Assembly: GCA_963753595.1 (NCBI GenBank)
Contig: CAVWCX010000007.1
Coordinates: 64,001 to 128,000 of the forward strand
Source: Candidatus Methanoperedenaceae archaeon
GTDB lineage: Archaea > Halobacteriota > Methanosarcinia > Methanosarcinales > Methanoperedenaceae
Length of the DNA stretch: 64,000 nt
Reading direction: 5' to 3'
In this document: piece after piece, positions 11,232-21,590 of the stretch
How the letters are laid out: the number at the start of each line of letters is the position of its first letter
Numbering within the stretch: the first letter of the stretch is position 1
The notes under the pieces: model-generated
Told to the model about the DNA's origin: nothing
What the model saw: the letters and a program-made list of their open reading frames with translations, nothing else
Database searches by the model: none
Translations under genes and position numbers: made by a program

Positions 11232-11861
11232 ATGGAAAGTGAAACTTTAATTGCTGCGATCGGCCTGGTATTTGGTTTACTTGGCGCCCTTGCCGGAATT
11301 GGGGCAATGATCTATGCTCTCGGTTATTTTGAGTATCTTGGAGGTAAAAAAAAGTTTACCACTTTACCGGTGAGCAAAGAGAATCTTAAACAGAAACTCC
11401 TTTCCCTCAACTCACCGGAATTACCTTACCAGATAAAGCCCACCGAAGAAACAGACCTGTTTGTGGAATGGAACATTGTGGATGCGACGTGGTATGCGAT
11501 ATTTTCCAAAGAGCGGTTAAGCAAAACTTACCGCGCGTACCTAGTACTGGATGAGTCCCGCAAAGCTGCGCGCTACTGTGAGGAAACTGGAAGCGTGCGG
11601 TGGTATGCTGGTACAGACGGCTCCCTCAAACCGAGTGTGGCTTTTGAGAAAGCATATTTCAGGGGCAGGATCCTTTTCCAGAAATCATGGGAAGTACAGT
11701 ACGGGATAAAGGAAGATGGGACGCTCGGCAAGGTTTATGAGTATAAGTTCGATGTGAACCGCGTTCGAGACCCGATCGTAAAGGCTATTGAAGAGAGCGG
11801 CTGGGAGTTCGTTCCTGTGGTCAGGAAAGAACATGCGACTTATGAGAGCATGAAAAATTAA
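11232..11861 (+). CDS. Hypothetical protein with N-terminal TM helix
   Basis: 209-aa ORF with hydrophobic N-terminus. Confidence 0.7.
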   Translation: MESETLIAAIGLVFGLLGALAGIGAMIYALGYFEYLGGKKKFTTLPVSKENLKQKLLSLNSPELPYQIKPTEETDLFVEWNIVDATWYAIFSKERLSKTYRAYLVLDESRKAARYCEETGSVRWYAGTDGSLKPSVAFEKAYFRGRILFQKSWEVQYGIKEDGTLGKVYEYKFDVNRVRDPIVKAIEESGWEFVPVVRKEHATYESMKN

Positions 11862-11888
11862 GGTGATGTGCAGCTTATAAAAACCTAT

Positions 11889-12278
11889 TTACCATTTTTC
11901 ACATTTCAATTCTTCGATATCATCAAAATGGCCATCACGAGTAACGAGGATTAGATCATTTTGCATGGCAACAGCAGCTATCCAAATATCATTTTCAGGA
12001 ATAGGTTTTCCTTTATTCAGAAGTTTATTTTTTACAATTCCATACTTATAAGCAGTATCTTTGTCACAATTAAGAATGGTAATACTATCTGCAAAATTTA
12101 ATATTCGTTTTAGATTCGTCTTTGAACGTTTTGACTTGAATGCACCAAAAAATAATTCCCCAAGAACTGTGCTGGAAATAAATACTTCTTCGGCTTTGGA
12201 AAGATGATCTTTTATTGAAGTTTCTCCACTGAAAATAGCAATTACAATATTTGTATCAAGTATAAATCTACCACTCAT
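11889..12278 (-). CDS. vapC: VapC PIN-domain toxin
   Basis: ILDTNIVI, GEL, IPENDIWIAA and LVTRDGHF motifs. Confidence 0.9.
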   Translation of the reverse strand: MSGRFILDTNIVIAIFSGETSIKDHLSKAEEVFISSTVLGELFFGAFKSKRSKTNLKRILNFADSITILNCDKDTAYKYGIVKNKLLNKGKPIPENDIWIAAVAMQNDLILVTRDGHFDDIEELKCEKW

Positions 12279-12513
12279 TAATATCAACTTTTTCGCACCC
12301 ATTTTCAATTGCTTGAGTCATTTCATTGACTTCATCAGTATTTAATATCCCTGCAAAACGAAGGAGTTTCTTGCCCGAAACGCCTTTTTGCGGTGATGGA
12401 GCTGCTGCTTCAGCCAGATCAAGAATTTTTATTTGTATCTCGAAGGGTAAGCGATCAAGTCGTTTTATTATTTCTCGCCTTTTAAGTTTGGTCATCATGA
12501 GATAAATCACCAA
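12268..12513 (-). CDS. Putative antitoxin of the VapC
   Basis: Small ORF overlapping the vapC start; LLRFAG...MTQAIENGCEKVD. Confidence 0.7.
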   Translation of the reverse strand: MVIYLMMTKLKRREIIKRLDRLPFEIQIKILDLAEAAAPSPQKGVSGKKLLRFAGILNTDEVNEMTQAIENGCEKVDINEW

Positions 12514-12578
12514 TATATAAATATACTTATTGCATTTTTTGAATATAGCCCTTTCTTAAGAAGAAAAATAAAAGAGTA

Positions 12579-12869
12579 TCACTTATGCGTATAATACGCC
12601 ACTATCTCATCCTCTTCAACGCTATCGATCCTCACAAAGCCAAACCTCTCAAACTGCACCACCTTATCCAGCTCTTTCTCGATCCCTCGCTCGCCAATTC
12701 CCGAATATTCGCCGTCCGGTGAAAGAACCCGCACTTTTAGCCCTCCAAACGGAGCCCAGTGGATGATGCGCGCTTTTTCCTTCTTTACCAGATCCATATC
12801 AGTGCCGATGAATCTGACTGTTAGTGGCGATAATCCTGTGATCTGGATATTATACAGGTCTTTTAAGCG
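12579..12869 (-). pseudogene. Duplicated, diverged 3' end of gltX
   Basis: Colinear with 13810-14100 at a constant 1231-bp offset; encodes RLKDLYNIQ...YTHK. Confidence 0.9.
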
Positions 12870-12875
12870 AATCTA

Positions 12876-13364
12876 TTATTTCAATATCTTTTGAATATCT
12901 CTAATCCTTGTATTATCTTTCTGTTCGATCTTTAAAATAATTTCTTCCACTTCATTTTTGGTCAAAATACCTGATTCCCATAACGATCTTAAAATAGAAT
13001 GAAGACTTATGGTGATCACACCATTTGCTAATGCAAAAGATATCGCAACTTCATCCATAGATGAGAAAATCCATTTCCTGCTGATGCATATTGAAATTGC
13101 TTCAAGTTCGCCTTTCCCGATGCGTCGATTTGTTCTTAAAAATGTCCTGTATGTTTCTTGTTCTTCATTATCAGGATTTATCACCTTGAAATTCTTGAAG
13201 ATATCCAGGGGAAAAGTGTAGCCGTAATCAATGGGAACGTTGAGCTCACCATAAATTTCAGGAGTTATATAAATTTCATGTTTTGAAAAAAGAGTTTTTA
13301 ATAACGGCAAAGCTTCTATTTTTGCAAAAGCACTAAGTATGTCCGTATCAAAAATAATAATCAT
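12876..13364 (-). CDS. PIN-domain protein (DUF3368-like toxin)
   Basis: IIFDTDILSAF and IGKGELEAI motifs. Confidence 0.8.
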   Translation of the reverse strand: MIIIFDTDILSAFAKIEALPLLKTLFSKHEIYITPEIYGELNVPIDYGYTFPLDIFKNFKVINPDNEEQETYRTFLRTNRRIGKGELEAISICISRKWIFSSMDEVAISFALANGVITISLHSILRSLWESGILTKNEVEEIILKIEQKDNTRIRDIQKILK

Positions 13365-13366
13365 CT

Positions 13367-13681
13367 TTATCGCTGCAAAATCAAATCGACTTCTTTCTTC
13401 ATTTTTTCACTTGTAGGGGCTTTGATCTTTCGGACTATACCTCTGCTTGAGAGTATTTCTTTGAATCCTTCTCCTGATACTCCAGCAATTTCTGAAGCTC
13501 TGCTCATTGAAATAGTGCCTTTCTTATAAAGTTCCACCGCGATTTCTATTTTAAAAGAGGGTTTGACTTCCAGCAAAGTTCTGACTGCTTCGTCGAGCAA
13601 TTTCTCTTTACTTCCGAAGAATTTTGATTTCGTCAGGATATCAATACTTTCATGGACAAGAGTTTCAGACATATTAACCAA
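13367..13681 (-). CDS. UPF0175-family antitoxin-like protein
   Basis: AVELYKKGTISMSRASEIAGVS HTH motif; directly upstream of the PIN gene. Confidence 0.8.
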   Translation of the reverse strand: MVNMSETLVHESIDILTKSKFFGSKEKLLDEAVRTLLEVKPSFKIEIAVELYKKGTISMSRASEIAGVSGEGFKEILSSRGIVRKIKAPTSEKMKKEVDLILQR

Positions 13682-13809
13682 TGATCATTAATTATGTATG
13701 CTCTCTAATAACTGTTTGGTTTTCATTACGATGATTTCTTTCTAATTGGGCTTATTCGAGTATTTTAAGCATGTTCCTGAGCGCTGTAAACAAAAGGAAA
13801 AATAATTTA

Positions 13810-15510
13810 TCACTTATGCGTATAAAACGCCACTATCTCATCCCCGCTAACGCTATCGATCCTCACAAAACCAAACCTCTCAAACTGTACGACTTTATCC
13901 AGCTCTTTCTCGATCCCGCGCTCGCCAATTCCCGAATATTCGCCGTCCGGTGAAAGAACCCTCACCTTCAGGCCATCAAGCGGAGCCCAGTGGATGATGC
14001 GCGCTTTCTCCTTCTTAACAAGATCCATATCAGTGCCGATGAATCTGGCCGTGAGGGGCGATAATCCTGTGACCTGGATATTATACAGGTCTTTTAAGCG
14101 TAACTTTTCACCATCGGCCAGGTTATCCACGTCGCTCTGGCAGATAAAAATCTTTGTTCCTGCGGGGATCTCTCTCATCCCGCCCCTTGAAGGATGAAGA
14201 GGCGCTTTTGCGACTTTTGGTTCTGCACCCTCAACTTCCAGTTCAACAGGATTCCATACAAAAAAATACCTGTTAGCGACCGGGTCAACAATTTTCCGGT
14301 TCTCAGCATACAATGTATCAAGGCTGATGCTGATATCAGTTTCGCCAAGACCAAGTTCTGTCATGAATTTCCTGAGGGCATCGGGTCGTATGCCGCGCCG
14401 CCTCAATGCCCTTATTGTGGGCACACGCGGGTCATCCCATCCTGTGTATGTTCCGTCAGCTATTGCTTTCTTTAAGCCGCTTGTGCTTAATTTTCCGAAC
14501 TCATGTATCTGTATGCGTCCCCAGTGCATGGTTTCGGGATATTTCCATCCCATGTATTTATAAACATATCGCTGGCGGGTCTCACTGTCAGTGAGGTCTT
14601 TGCCGCGGATAATAAGCGTCGTGCCCAGAAGGTGGTCTTCCACGGCGCCCTCAAAATCAAGGAGCGGCCAGGCATTATATTTGTCAGCGACCTCAGGTCT
14701 CGGGTGCGGGGTCTTAACGATACGAAAGGCGACCCAGTCCCTTATAGCCGGGTCTTTATGTGCTATGTCGGTCTTGATCCGAAGTACTGCTTCCTGCTCT
14801 TTAAATTCACCGGAGAGCATCTTTTTCCATGAGGCAAGATTCTCTCCCGCATCCTGTTCCCTGTGCGGGCAGGCTTTCTTTACATCTTTTAGCGCCTTGA
14901 ACTCTTCCTGCTCGCAGAAACAAACGTATGCTCCGCCTTTTTTAATAAGTTCTTCAGCTACCTCATAATATTTCGGGATCCTGTCAGAGGCAATTATAAC
15001 CTCATCCGGTTTTGCACCGAGCCATTCACAGTCGTCAAGATACCAGTCATACGCTTCAAGCATGGGGCGCTTGGTCGCAGGGTCTGTATCATCAAAACGG
15101 ATGATGAACTTGCCATTATATTTTTTAGTATATTCCGAGTTCACGACTATCCCGCGCGAACTCCCGATGGTAGGCGGACCGTTGGGGTTGGGCGCAAACC
15201 TCATAACAAGCTGTCCTTTAATATCAAGCGGTGGAAGGCCCTTTTCCGGTTCTTTCTTTTCCTTGAGTTCTGCAATGAGTTCAGGAGCGATCCGGTTCAA
15301 TTCCTGCTCCCATGAATCGGAAGACTCCAGGTTTATCTCATCAAGCACTTCTGCTATGAGCGAATTTACTTCTTTTGCCCTTGTCCTGAGTTCTGGCGCG
15401 GCCATTACTTTGCCCATGACCGAACCGGCCTGCGGCAGCTTATTATATTTTACAGCATTCTGCAGCGCGTATTTCTTAATAAGTGTTTTAATATCATCAG
15501 TTGTTAACAT
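13810..15510 (-). CDS. gltX: Glutamyl-tRNA synthetase (archaeal)
   Basis: RFAPNPNGP, RFDDTDP, IIRGKD and QFERFGFVRID motifs. Confidence 0.97.
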   Translation of the reverse strand: MLTTDDIKTLIKKYALQNAVKYNKLPQAGSVMGKVMAAPELRTRAKEVNSLIAEVLDEINLESSDSWEQELNRIAPELIAELKEKKEPEKGLPPLDIKGQLVMRFAPNPNGPPTIGSSRGIVVNSEYTKKYNGKFIIRFDDTDPATKRPMLEAYDWYLDDCEWLGAKPDEVIIASDRIPKYYEVAEELIKKGGAYVCFCEQEEFKALKDVKKACPHREQDAGENLASWKKMLSGEFKEQEAVLRIKTDIAHKDPAIRDWVAFRIVKTPHPRPEVADKYNAWPLLDFEGAVEDHLLGTTLIIRGKDLTDSETRQRYVYKYMGWKYPETMHWGRIQIHEFGKLSTSGLKKAIADGTYTGWDDPRVPTIRALRRRGIRPDALRKFMTELGLGETDISISLDTLYAENRKIVDPVANRYFFVWNPVELEVEGAEPKVAKAPLHPSRGGMREIPAGTKIFICQSDVDNLADGEKLRLKDLYNIQVTGLSPLTARFIGTDMDLVKKEKARIIHWAPLDGLKVRVLSPDGEYSGIGERGIEKELDKVVQFERFGFVRIDSVSGDEIVAFYTHK

Positions 15511-15606
15511 TGCAGCCTAATTCATCATCCGGGAATATTAAACTTCTGCGAAAAAAGATAGATTTCTTTATTTATTCTGGAGAAATTGATCATCGCAAGG
15601 AAAATC

Positions 15607-15675
15607 AACCACAGAGTCCACAGAGAGCACAGAGCGTTGCCGCTTTTCTCTGTGTACTCTGTGTTCTTTGTGGTT
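15607..15675. repeat. REP-like palindrome made of CACAGAG/CTCTGTG units
   Basis: Three CACAGAG units followed by three CTCTGTG/CTTTGTG units, bounded by AACC...GGTT. Confidence 0.7.
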
Positions 15676-15761
15676 TTTCAAAACAGAAGGTAATAAAAAG
15701 TCTCAAAAAAGATTCAATAAAGTTTATATTGATATCATTCATATTCAGGTGAGGTGATACA

Positions 15762-16055
15762 ATGCAGGCTGAGGTTTCAACTCTATTTGGATTAAATATT
15801 TACACGGAAAAAGGAGTATATATTGGAAAAGTTAATGATGTCGTGCTTGAAGTAAACGAGAAAAAAGCTACGGGTCTTGCGGCCACTAAATTAAACCCCA
15901 ATATGTTCGATTCGGGAAGCAAAGGCGTCGTCGTCCCATTCAGGTGGGTTACAGCAGTGGCCGATGTTATTCTCATAAGGCATGTCAAGGACCAGTTCAA
16001 GAAACCAGAAGAAGTAACTGAAGAGTATGATATCGAAGATGAGGAACAATCATAA
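15762..16055 (+). CDS. PRC-barrel domain protein
   Basis: IYTEKGVYIGKVNDVVL...VPFRWVTAVADVILI; GAGGTGA RBS. Confidence 0.9.
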   Translation: MQAEVSTLFGLNIYTEKGVYIGKVNDVVLEVNEKKATGLAATKLNPNMFDSGSKGVVVPFRWVTAVADVILIRHVKDQFKKPEEVTEEYDIEDEEQS

Positions 16056-16085
16056 ATCTTGAATGATGATTTTTCAGAAAATGAA

Positions 16086-16812
16086 ATGAAAGAGAGGGAA
16101 ATATATTCCCACCTCAAGGTGTTCCCTCCTTTTGCCGTAAGGATCGATGGCAGGGGTTTCCGTCGCGCGCTGGGGTTGCTCGGGCTTTTAAAACCATATG
16201 ATGAAAGATTTGCCCGTGCAATGGCGGATTCTATTGAATTATTTTTTAAGGAAAGCGGCCTGAATCCACTTTTTGCATTCACGTTCTCAGATGAGATATC
16301 CTTCTTTTTCAATGAAATGCCTTATAACAACAGGATCGAGAAAATTGATTCCATTATCCCTGCGTTTGTTTCCTCAGCGCTTACTATCCAGTTGAAGCTT
16401 GAAAACCCTGTCTCTTTTGATTCAAGGATCATCCTCCTTGGAAAAGAAGACATTTATAAATATCTTTTATGGAGACAGGCTGAAACCTGGAGAAATCATA
16501 TGAGTTCCTATGGGTATTACACGCTGTTAAAATCCGGAATGACTGAAAATGAGGCTGCAATGAGCCTGAAAAATATGAAAGCCAGCCAGATCCACGAACT
16601 TGTGTTCAGTCATGGGATCAATCTTGCGGAAACACCATGTTGGCAGCGATGCGGCATAATGGTTTACAGGGAATCGCATGAGAAAACCGGCTTATGATCC
16701 TATAAAACAAAAGGAAGTTAAAACTCAAAGGAGAAGAATAATCCAGGATTGGAAACCACCGATTTTCAAGACCTTTGAAGGAAGAAAGCTTATCGAAAGG
16801 CTTGTTTCATAA
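16086..16812 (+). CDS. tRNA(His) guanylyltransferase (Thg1/TLP), frameshifted near C-terminus
   Basis: RIDGRGF, FSDEIS, FDSR and WRQAE motifs. The C-terminus YDPIKQKEVKTQRR...QDW continues in another frame after an extra T at about 16692. Confidence 0.85.
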
Positions 16813-16836
16813 TGTATGCCTTTCCTTTTGTCCTGT

Positions 16837-17502
16837 TCAATATTGAAATAGCGTTTTCTGGTTTCCATCAAATTTCTCTAAAATATTTTTTGAGGTCTCC
16901 CAAGAACTACGGGCAAAAGAAGGAAGGGAATTATGGTCTTTTACCCATTGTTCAAGGAATCTGATAGTTTTCTGGTCGGCAGGATAACCGCTTCCGATTT
17001 CAATCCCCAGTTCGGTTTCGATTTGTTTTATAAGCATGTCCCTGTGTACTTTTGCAAGAATGGAAGCAGCCGATACGACAGGGTATTTGACATCTGCTTT
17101 ATGTTCTGAAGTGATAGTAATTTCTCTTGAATATTTCATCCTGATATTTTCACCAAACCGGTTCGCAATTACATCCGCTGCATCCACAAAAGCGTGATCC
17201 GGTCTTAATTCCTCAAGGACTTTCGTAAATGAGGCGACCATTATTTCATTCATTGTCATTATCTTCCTGAGTTCATCTATCTGTGAAGGGTTCACTTCGA
17301 GGATAAAATATTTTTCAGCTATTTCAATAATTTCCCTGGCCAGTGCTTCACGTTTTTTTGGTGTCAATTGTTTTGAATCCTTAACACCGATCTGTAAAAG
17401 TTCATCCTGTTTTGTTCCATCAAGCAGAATCCCTGCAACGCACATAGGCCCGAGAACCGGGCCTTTTCCTGCTTCGTCGACCCCGGAAATCATCAAAACC
17501 AT
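16837..17502 (-). CDS. rnhB: Ribonuclease HII
   Basis: GVDEAGKGPVLGP, VKDSK, VSAASILAKV and GSGYP motifs. Confidence 0.97.
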   Translation of the reverse strand: MVLMISGVDEAGKGPVLGPMCVAGILLDGTKQDELLQIGVKDSKQLTPKKREALAREIIEIAEKYFILEVNPSQIDELRKIMTMNEIMVASFTKVLEELRPDHAFVDAADVIANRFGENIRMKYSREITITSEHKADVKYPVVSAASILAKVHRDMLIKQIETELGIEIGSGYPADQKTIRFLEQWVKDHNSLPSFARSSWETSKNILEKFDGNQKTLFQY

Positions 17503-18029
17503 TATAAAACCTTATCAGATGATGAAATTTGCGTACCGAAAATGTTTTTCATATATTTGAGAGCGTATTCATAAGACTCTTCATCGATTGAAGCAGTGCA
17601 GTCACGGGGCACGATCGTTTCATACCCTGAAAAATATGCCTGGGCAATGCTATTCTGAACACAGATGTCTGTGCTCACCCCCGTAAAGATCAGGATGTCT
17701 GCATTCATTTGTTTTAATATTTCAGGAAGTTCCACAGAAGCGATGTACTGTTTTTTTTCTATTACGATATCATTTTTTTCAGGCTTAAGCTCCGGAATTA
17801 TCTCGGAGCCCTTACTTCCTTTCATAGCATGTTCACCCCAGATATCCAGTTCCGTATCGGTAGAACTATGTGCATCCTGTAGAAATATTACCGGAACTCC
17901 CAGTTTATGCGCTTTCTTTACAAGAGCGACAACATTCGGGACGATATTCCGGGCTCGTTCACTTCCTAATTTCCCTGTGACGAAATCATTTAGCATATCC
18001 GCAACAATGAGAACTGTTTTCATAATCAC
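17502..18029 (-). CDS. Isochorismatase/nicotinamidase-family cysteine hydrolase
   Basis: DMLNDF, QDAH and TGVSTDICV motifs. Confidence 0.9.
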   Translation of the reverse strand: MIMKTVLIVADMLNDFVTGKLGSERARNIVPNVVALVKKAHKLGVPVIFLQDAHSSTDTELDIWGEHAMKGSKGSEIIPELKPEKNDIVIEKKQYIASVELPEILKQMNADILIFTGVSTDICVQNSIAQAYFSGYETIVPRDCTASIDEESYEYALKYMKNIFGTQISSSDKVL

Positions 18030-18104
18030 TCCAAAATTTCATAATCCACATATTATCTAACAGCTAAAGTATTATATAAATTATTATTCATAGTATTCGG
18101 CAAA

Positions 18105-20076
18105 TTAATTATCCTGGTATTTTGGCTTATAGAACAACACTACCCTGTATTCTGATGGCTCACGGTCCATCTTCCTGTATAATAAATAATCAATGGTTAT
18201 ATCTGACTCTTTGAACCAGTACCATGACATCTTTGCACTATCAAGCCTCTCATAATCCGTGCGAAGGTTTTGCTTTACGATATCAGCTTCACTTTGCGCC
18301 TCATCGCCCTGATGAGCGATTATCAACGGCGCGTCAAGAGTGGAATTGATATCGACTTTCCATTGAATATTATCGAAATGGCGCATGTACCAGAGGAACT
18401 GGGTTTCTAAATCCACATCGGTAAGCTGTATCTCTGTTGAATTACCCTCATACTGCGATGAAATTTCATTTATTTTATTCAAGAATAATGAAAATTTCTG
18501 GGGAGGCTGGGCAGCCTGGATAAGAGGTTCGGCTGTATCTGTATAACGCTTATAGTTCAATTCAATGCTTGAATATACAAAAAAAGACGATGTCAAAATA
18601 ATAATTACGACTGCAATGATACTTTTACGGGAATTCAAATCCAGTCCCCGAATAATTTCATTCAGATAGGTCGCTGCAATTAATGCAAGAGGAAGTAATG
18701 GATTGAGTACAAGCCATGGTACTTTTTCCTGGATATACGAATATACAAAGAAATTAGTTAATGCCCAATATGTCAGGAAAGCGACGAAAAGATTTTTTGA
18801 TCTCAATACATTCAAAATAGCAAATACCAGCAATGGTGATAAAACGATTATTGAAGCTGGCAGGTAAGATACTTGAAGGAACCTGCCCGATTCTGGATAT
18901 GTTTTTAATATGAGATAAAATATATCGACTATTATCCAGTAGCCTAGAAAAATCGTAAGTATCTTTCTTTTCTTATTATCGCAACAGCTATAATGTGCAA
19001 TTCCTAAAATCCCAAATATGAATATTGGAAGTTCATAGAGAGCTATGATCGGCAGGTAAAAAAAGAAAGGGCCGCCCTATACGTTCGATCTTGTGCATCT
19101 CATACCAGTGCAAAACCGCTTTCATGAAGGCATCTTTCATTCCCGGAAGGTCAAGGAAATTTCCTGTATAATACATTGAGAAAAAGACAATAAATATAAA
19201 AATAAAAAATAGCTTTTCTGTAAGCAAGATCAAAAATTTATTATCGGGATTTTTGATTTTCCCGATCAACCCGATGTACCATTTTTCCCTTATGGCGAAA
19301 AGAAACAGGAAAAAGAATATCAAAGCCATCATGATGTATGCGTTTTCTTTAAGCGCAGCCAGCGATGCAAGCGCCAGTGCCCCGATAACCATGTAAACAA
19401 TTCTCAATAACGGATATCTGCCAAAACTGAGAATAACAATAACTGATCCTATTAATGCAAATGTTACAAAATATAATCCTTTTAAGGTTAACAACGAAAC
19501 TACGCTGATGTATAAACCCGGTATGGTCCATATAAATGCCAGTATTAATATTATTAATATTGTTGAAATTAAATACGAATTCCTGATTGGTATGTTTTTA
19601 TCATTTGAATTATTCATTGAATAATTCTCAATAAATTTGATCGCACAAACAAATAATAATAGTGTAAAAAATGACATGAATATGTCTTCCCTGTAAAAAC
19701 GGGAATAATACAGGAACGATGGTGAGAATGCAAGGAAGAAAGCACAGGCCAGGATTCCGGTCTTCCCGGCATATTTCCTTAAGGGAAGTAAAAATAACAG
19801 CATGGCAGACCCCAGGATCGCAGGCAGGAAACGTGCCGAATAGTCATTATCCCCTATTTTTTTAAATATTTCAGTTGTCACATAATACATGAAAGGCCCA
19901 TGGAACGCGGGATCGTATGAATAGCTATGCTGGGTAAATAGCCTGTATGTAAAATAGCCTACAGCAGCCTCATCGTGATGAAATACTCTCTCATCAAGCC
20001 TGTAGAGTCTTAAGAAAAATGCAAGGGATAATATGATAAAAAAACCAATGTAATAAGCATAGTTTTTTTTATTCAT
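18105..20076 (-). CDS. TIGR03663-like membrane glycosyltransferase (PMT family), split by one frameshift
   Basis: FHHDEA, YDPAFHGP, YYSRFYRED and QEKVPWL motifs. Removing one G at 19075-19077 joins the two ORFs through GGPFFFYLP...YELP with no stop. Confidence 0.8.
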
Positions 20077-20139
20077 CCGTCTCATAATAGTTTAAACTTA
20101 TTCATAGCATTTATGGTTTTGAAAAAACATTCATGGTAC

Positions 20140-20412
20140 ATGCCAAAAATCAAGGTCAGGTTCTTTGCAAATTTCAGGGAATTCACAAAAACCAGTGAGC
20201 TTGGGGTTGAAGGAGATACTGTAGGAGAGGTACTTGAAAGGATTTGTAATAAGTTCCCGGGTTTGGATAAGATTTTATTCACGAATGGAAAATTACAGCC
20301 GTATGTCAATATATTTCTTAATGGGGAAAATGTTCCTGGATCAGACGGATTGGATAAATCCCTGCACCAGGGTGATGAGATCGCTATTTTCCCTCCTGTG
20401 TCGGGTGGATGA
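20140..20412 (+). CDS. SAMP/MoaD ubiquitin-like sulfur carrier
   Basis: VRFFANFRE...IAIFPPVSGG with C-terminal GG. Confidence 0.92.
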   Translation: MPKIKVRFFANFREFTKTSELGVEGDTVGEVLERICNKFPGLDKILFTNGKLQPYVNIFLNGENVPGSDGLDKSLHQGDEIAIFPPVSGG

Positions 20413-21590
20413 TGTTCAAGAAAAGAATAGACGCTGATAAAGCAAAGGAATTATTTCTCAATTCATTTGCGCCTATTTCACAAATAGAGAACTTGCCCAT
20501 CGAAGAGTGTGATGGAAGGATAATTGCAGAAAATATTATCGCAAGTATTGACGTGCCGCATTACCGGAGGGCAGCCATGGATGGATTTGCGGTCATGGCA
20601 TCTGAAACGCTTGGGGCAGGCACAGGTTCACCTGTTATACTCAGATTAACAAATATTATGGAGAAAGGCGCATGCGTGAGGGTACATACCGGTTCAGCGA
20701 TGCCGGAAAAGTCAAATGCTGTCGTTATGATGGAAGATACTGTATTGAGCGGCGATAAGGTAGAGATATTTGCACAGATCCATCCGTTCAAAAACGTTGG
20801 AGCAATAGGAGAGGATGTACAAAAAGGTGAAATTATTTTAGAAAGGGGACGCCTGCTTCGTCCCTGTGATATCGCTGTTCTTGCATCCCTTGGTATTGGG
20901 AATATCAAGGTTTTTAAAAAGCCTCTTGTTGTTGTTATTCCAACTGGTGAGGAACTTGTGCCCAGATATAAGAAAAACCCGGGAGATGGAGAGGTCTATG
21001 AAACGAATGGATTGATGTCTGCCATGTATATACGAAAATGGGGCGGCATCCCGCGCCTGCTTGATATTGTGACTGATTCTCCTGATAAAATAAAAGAAGC
21101 TATTACATCAAACATTGATGCAGATATGATTATAACAAGCGGCGGGACTTCAGTGGGAAAACGCGATTTTGTTCCGGCAGTTGTTGGATCACTTGGAAAA
21201 CTCCTCGTCCATGGTGTCGGGATCAGTCCCGGGAAACCTACAGCCCTTGGAATTATCAATGGCAAGCCTGTTTTATGCATGCCTGGATATCCTGTGGCAG
21301 GCATAGTGGCGCTTTTTTTTTATGGAAAGGCAGCTTTTCGAAAGCTCGGGCATATTCCTGATATGCCTGAAAGGATCGTTTTGGCAAAGCTTTCTGGAAA
21401 GATAGCGGGAAGAACCGGTTATAAAACATTTGCCCGTGTAAAGATCGATAATGGCAGCGCAATCCCACTTGCAACAACTGGAGCCGGGATTTTAAGTTCA
21501 GTTTCTAAAGCTGATGGTTTTGTGATAATTCCGGAAAATATCGAAGGACGAAATGCTGGCGAGCAAGTGGAAGTAGTGTTAATTGAATGA
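20409..21590 (+). CDS. moeA: Molybdopterin molybdotransferase
   Basis: AAMDGFAV, PTGEEL, TSGGTSVG, PGKP and MPGYP motifs. Confidence 0.95.
   Translation: MMFKKRIDADKAKELFLNSFAPISQIENLPIEECDGRIIAENIIASIDVPHYRRAAMDGFAVMASETLGAGTGSPVILRLTNIMEKGACVRVHTGSAMPEKSNAVVMMEDTVLSGDKVEIFAQIHPFKNVGAIGEDVQKGEIILERGRLLRPCDIAVLASLGIGNIKVFKKPLVVVIPTGEELVPRYKKNPGDGEVYETNGLMSAMYIRKWGGIPRLLDIVTDSPDKIKEAITSNIDADMIITSGGTSVGKRDFVPAVVGSLGKLLVHGVGISPGKPTALGIINGKPVLCMPGYPVAGIVALFFYGKAAFRKLGHIPDMPERIVLAKLSGKIAGRTGYKTFARVKIDNGSAIPLATTGAGILSSVSKADGFVIIPENIEGRNAGEQVEVVLIE

Noticed and set aside
12579-12797. 72-aa ORF as an independent gene
   Set aside because: It is part of the duplicated gltX 3' end; similarity extends upstream of its ATG.
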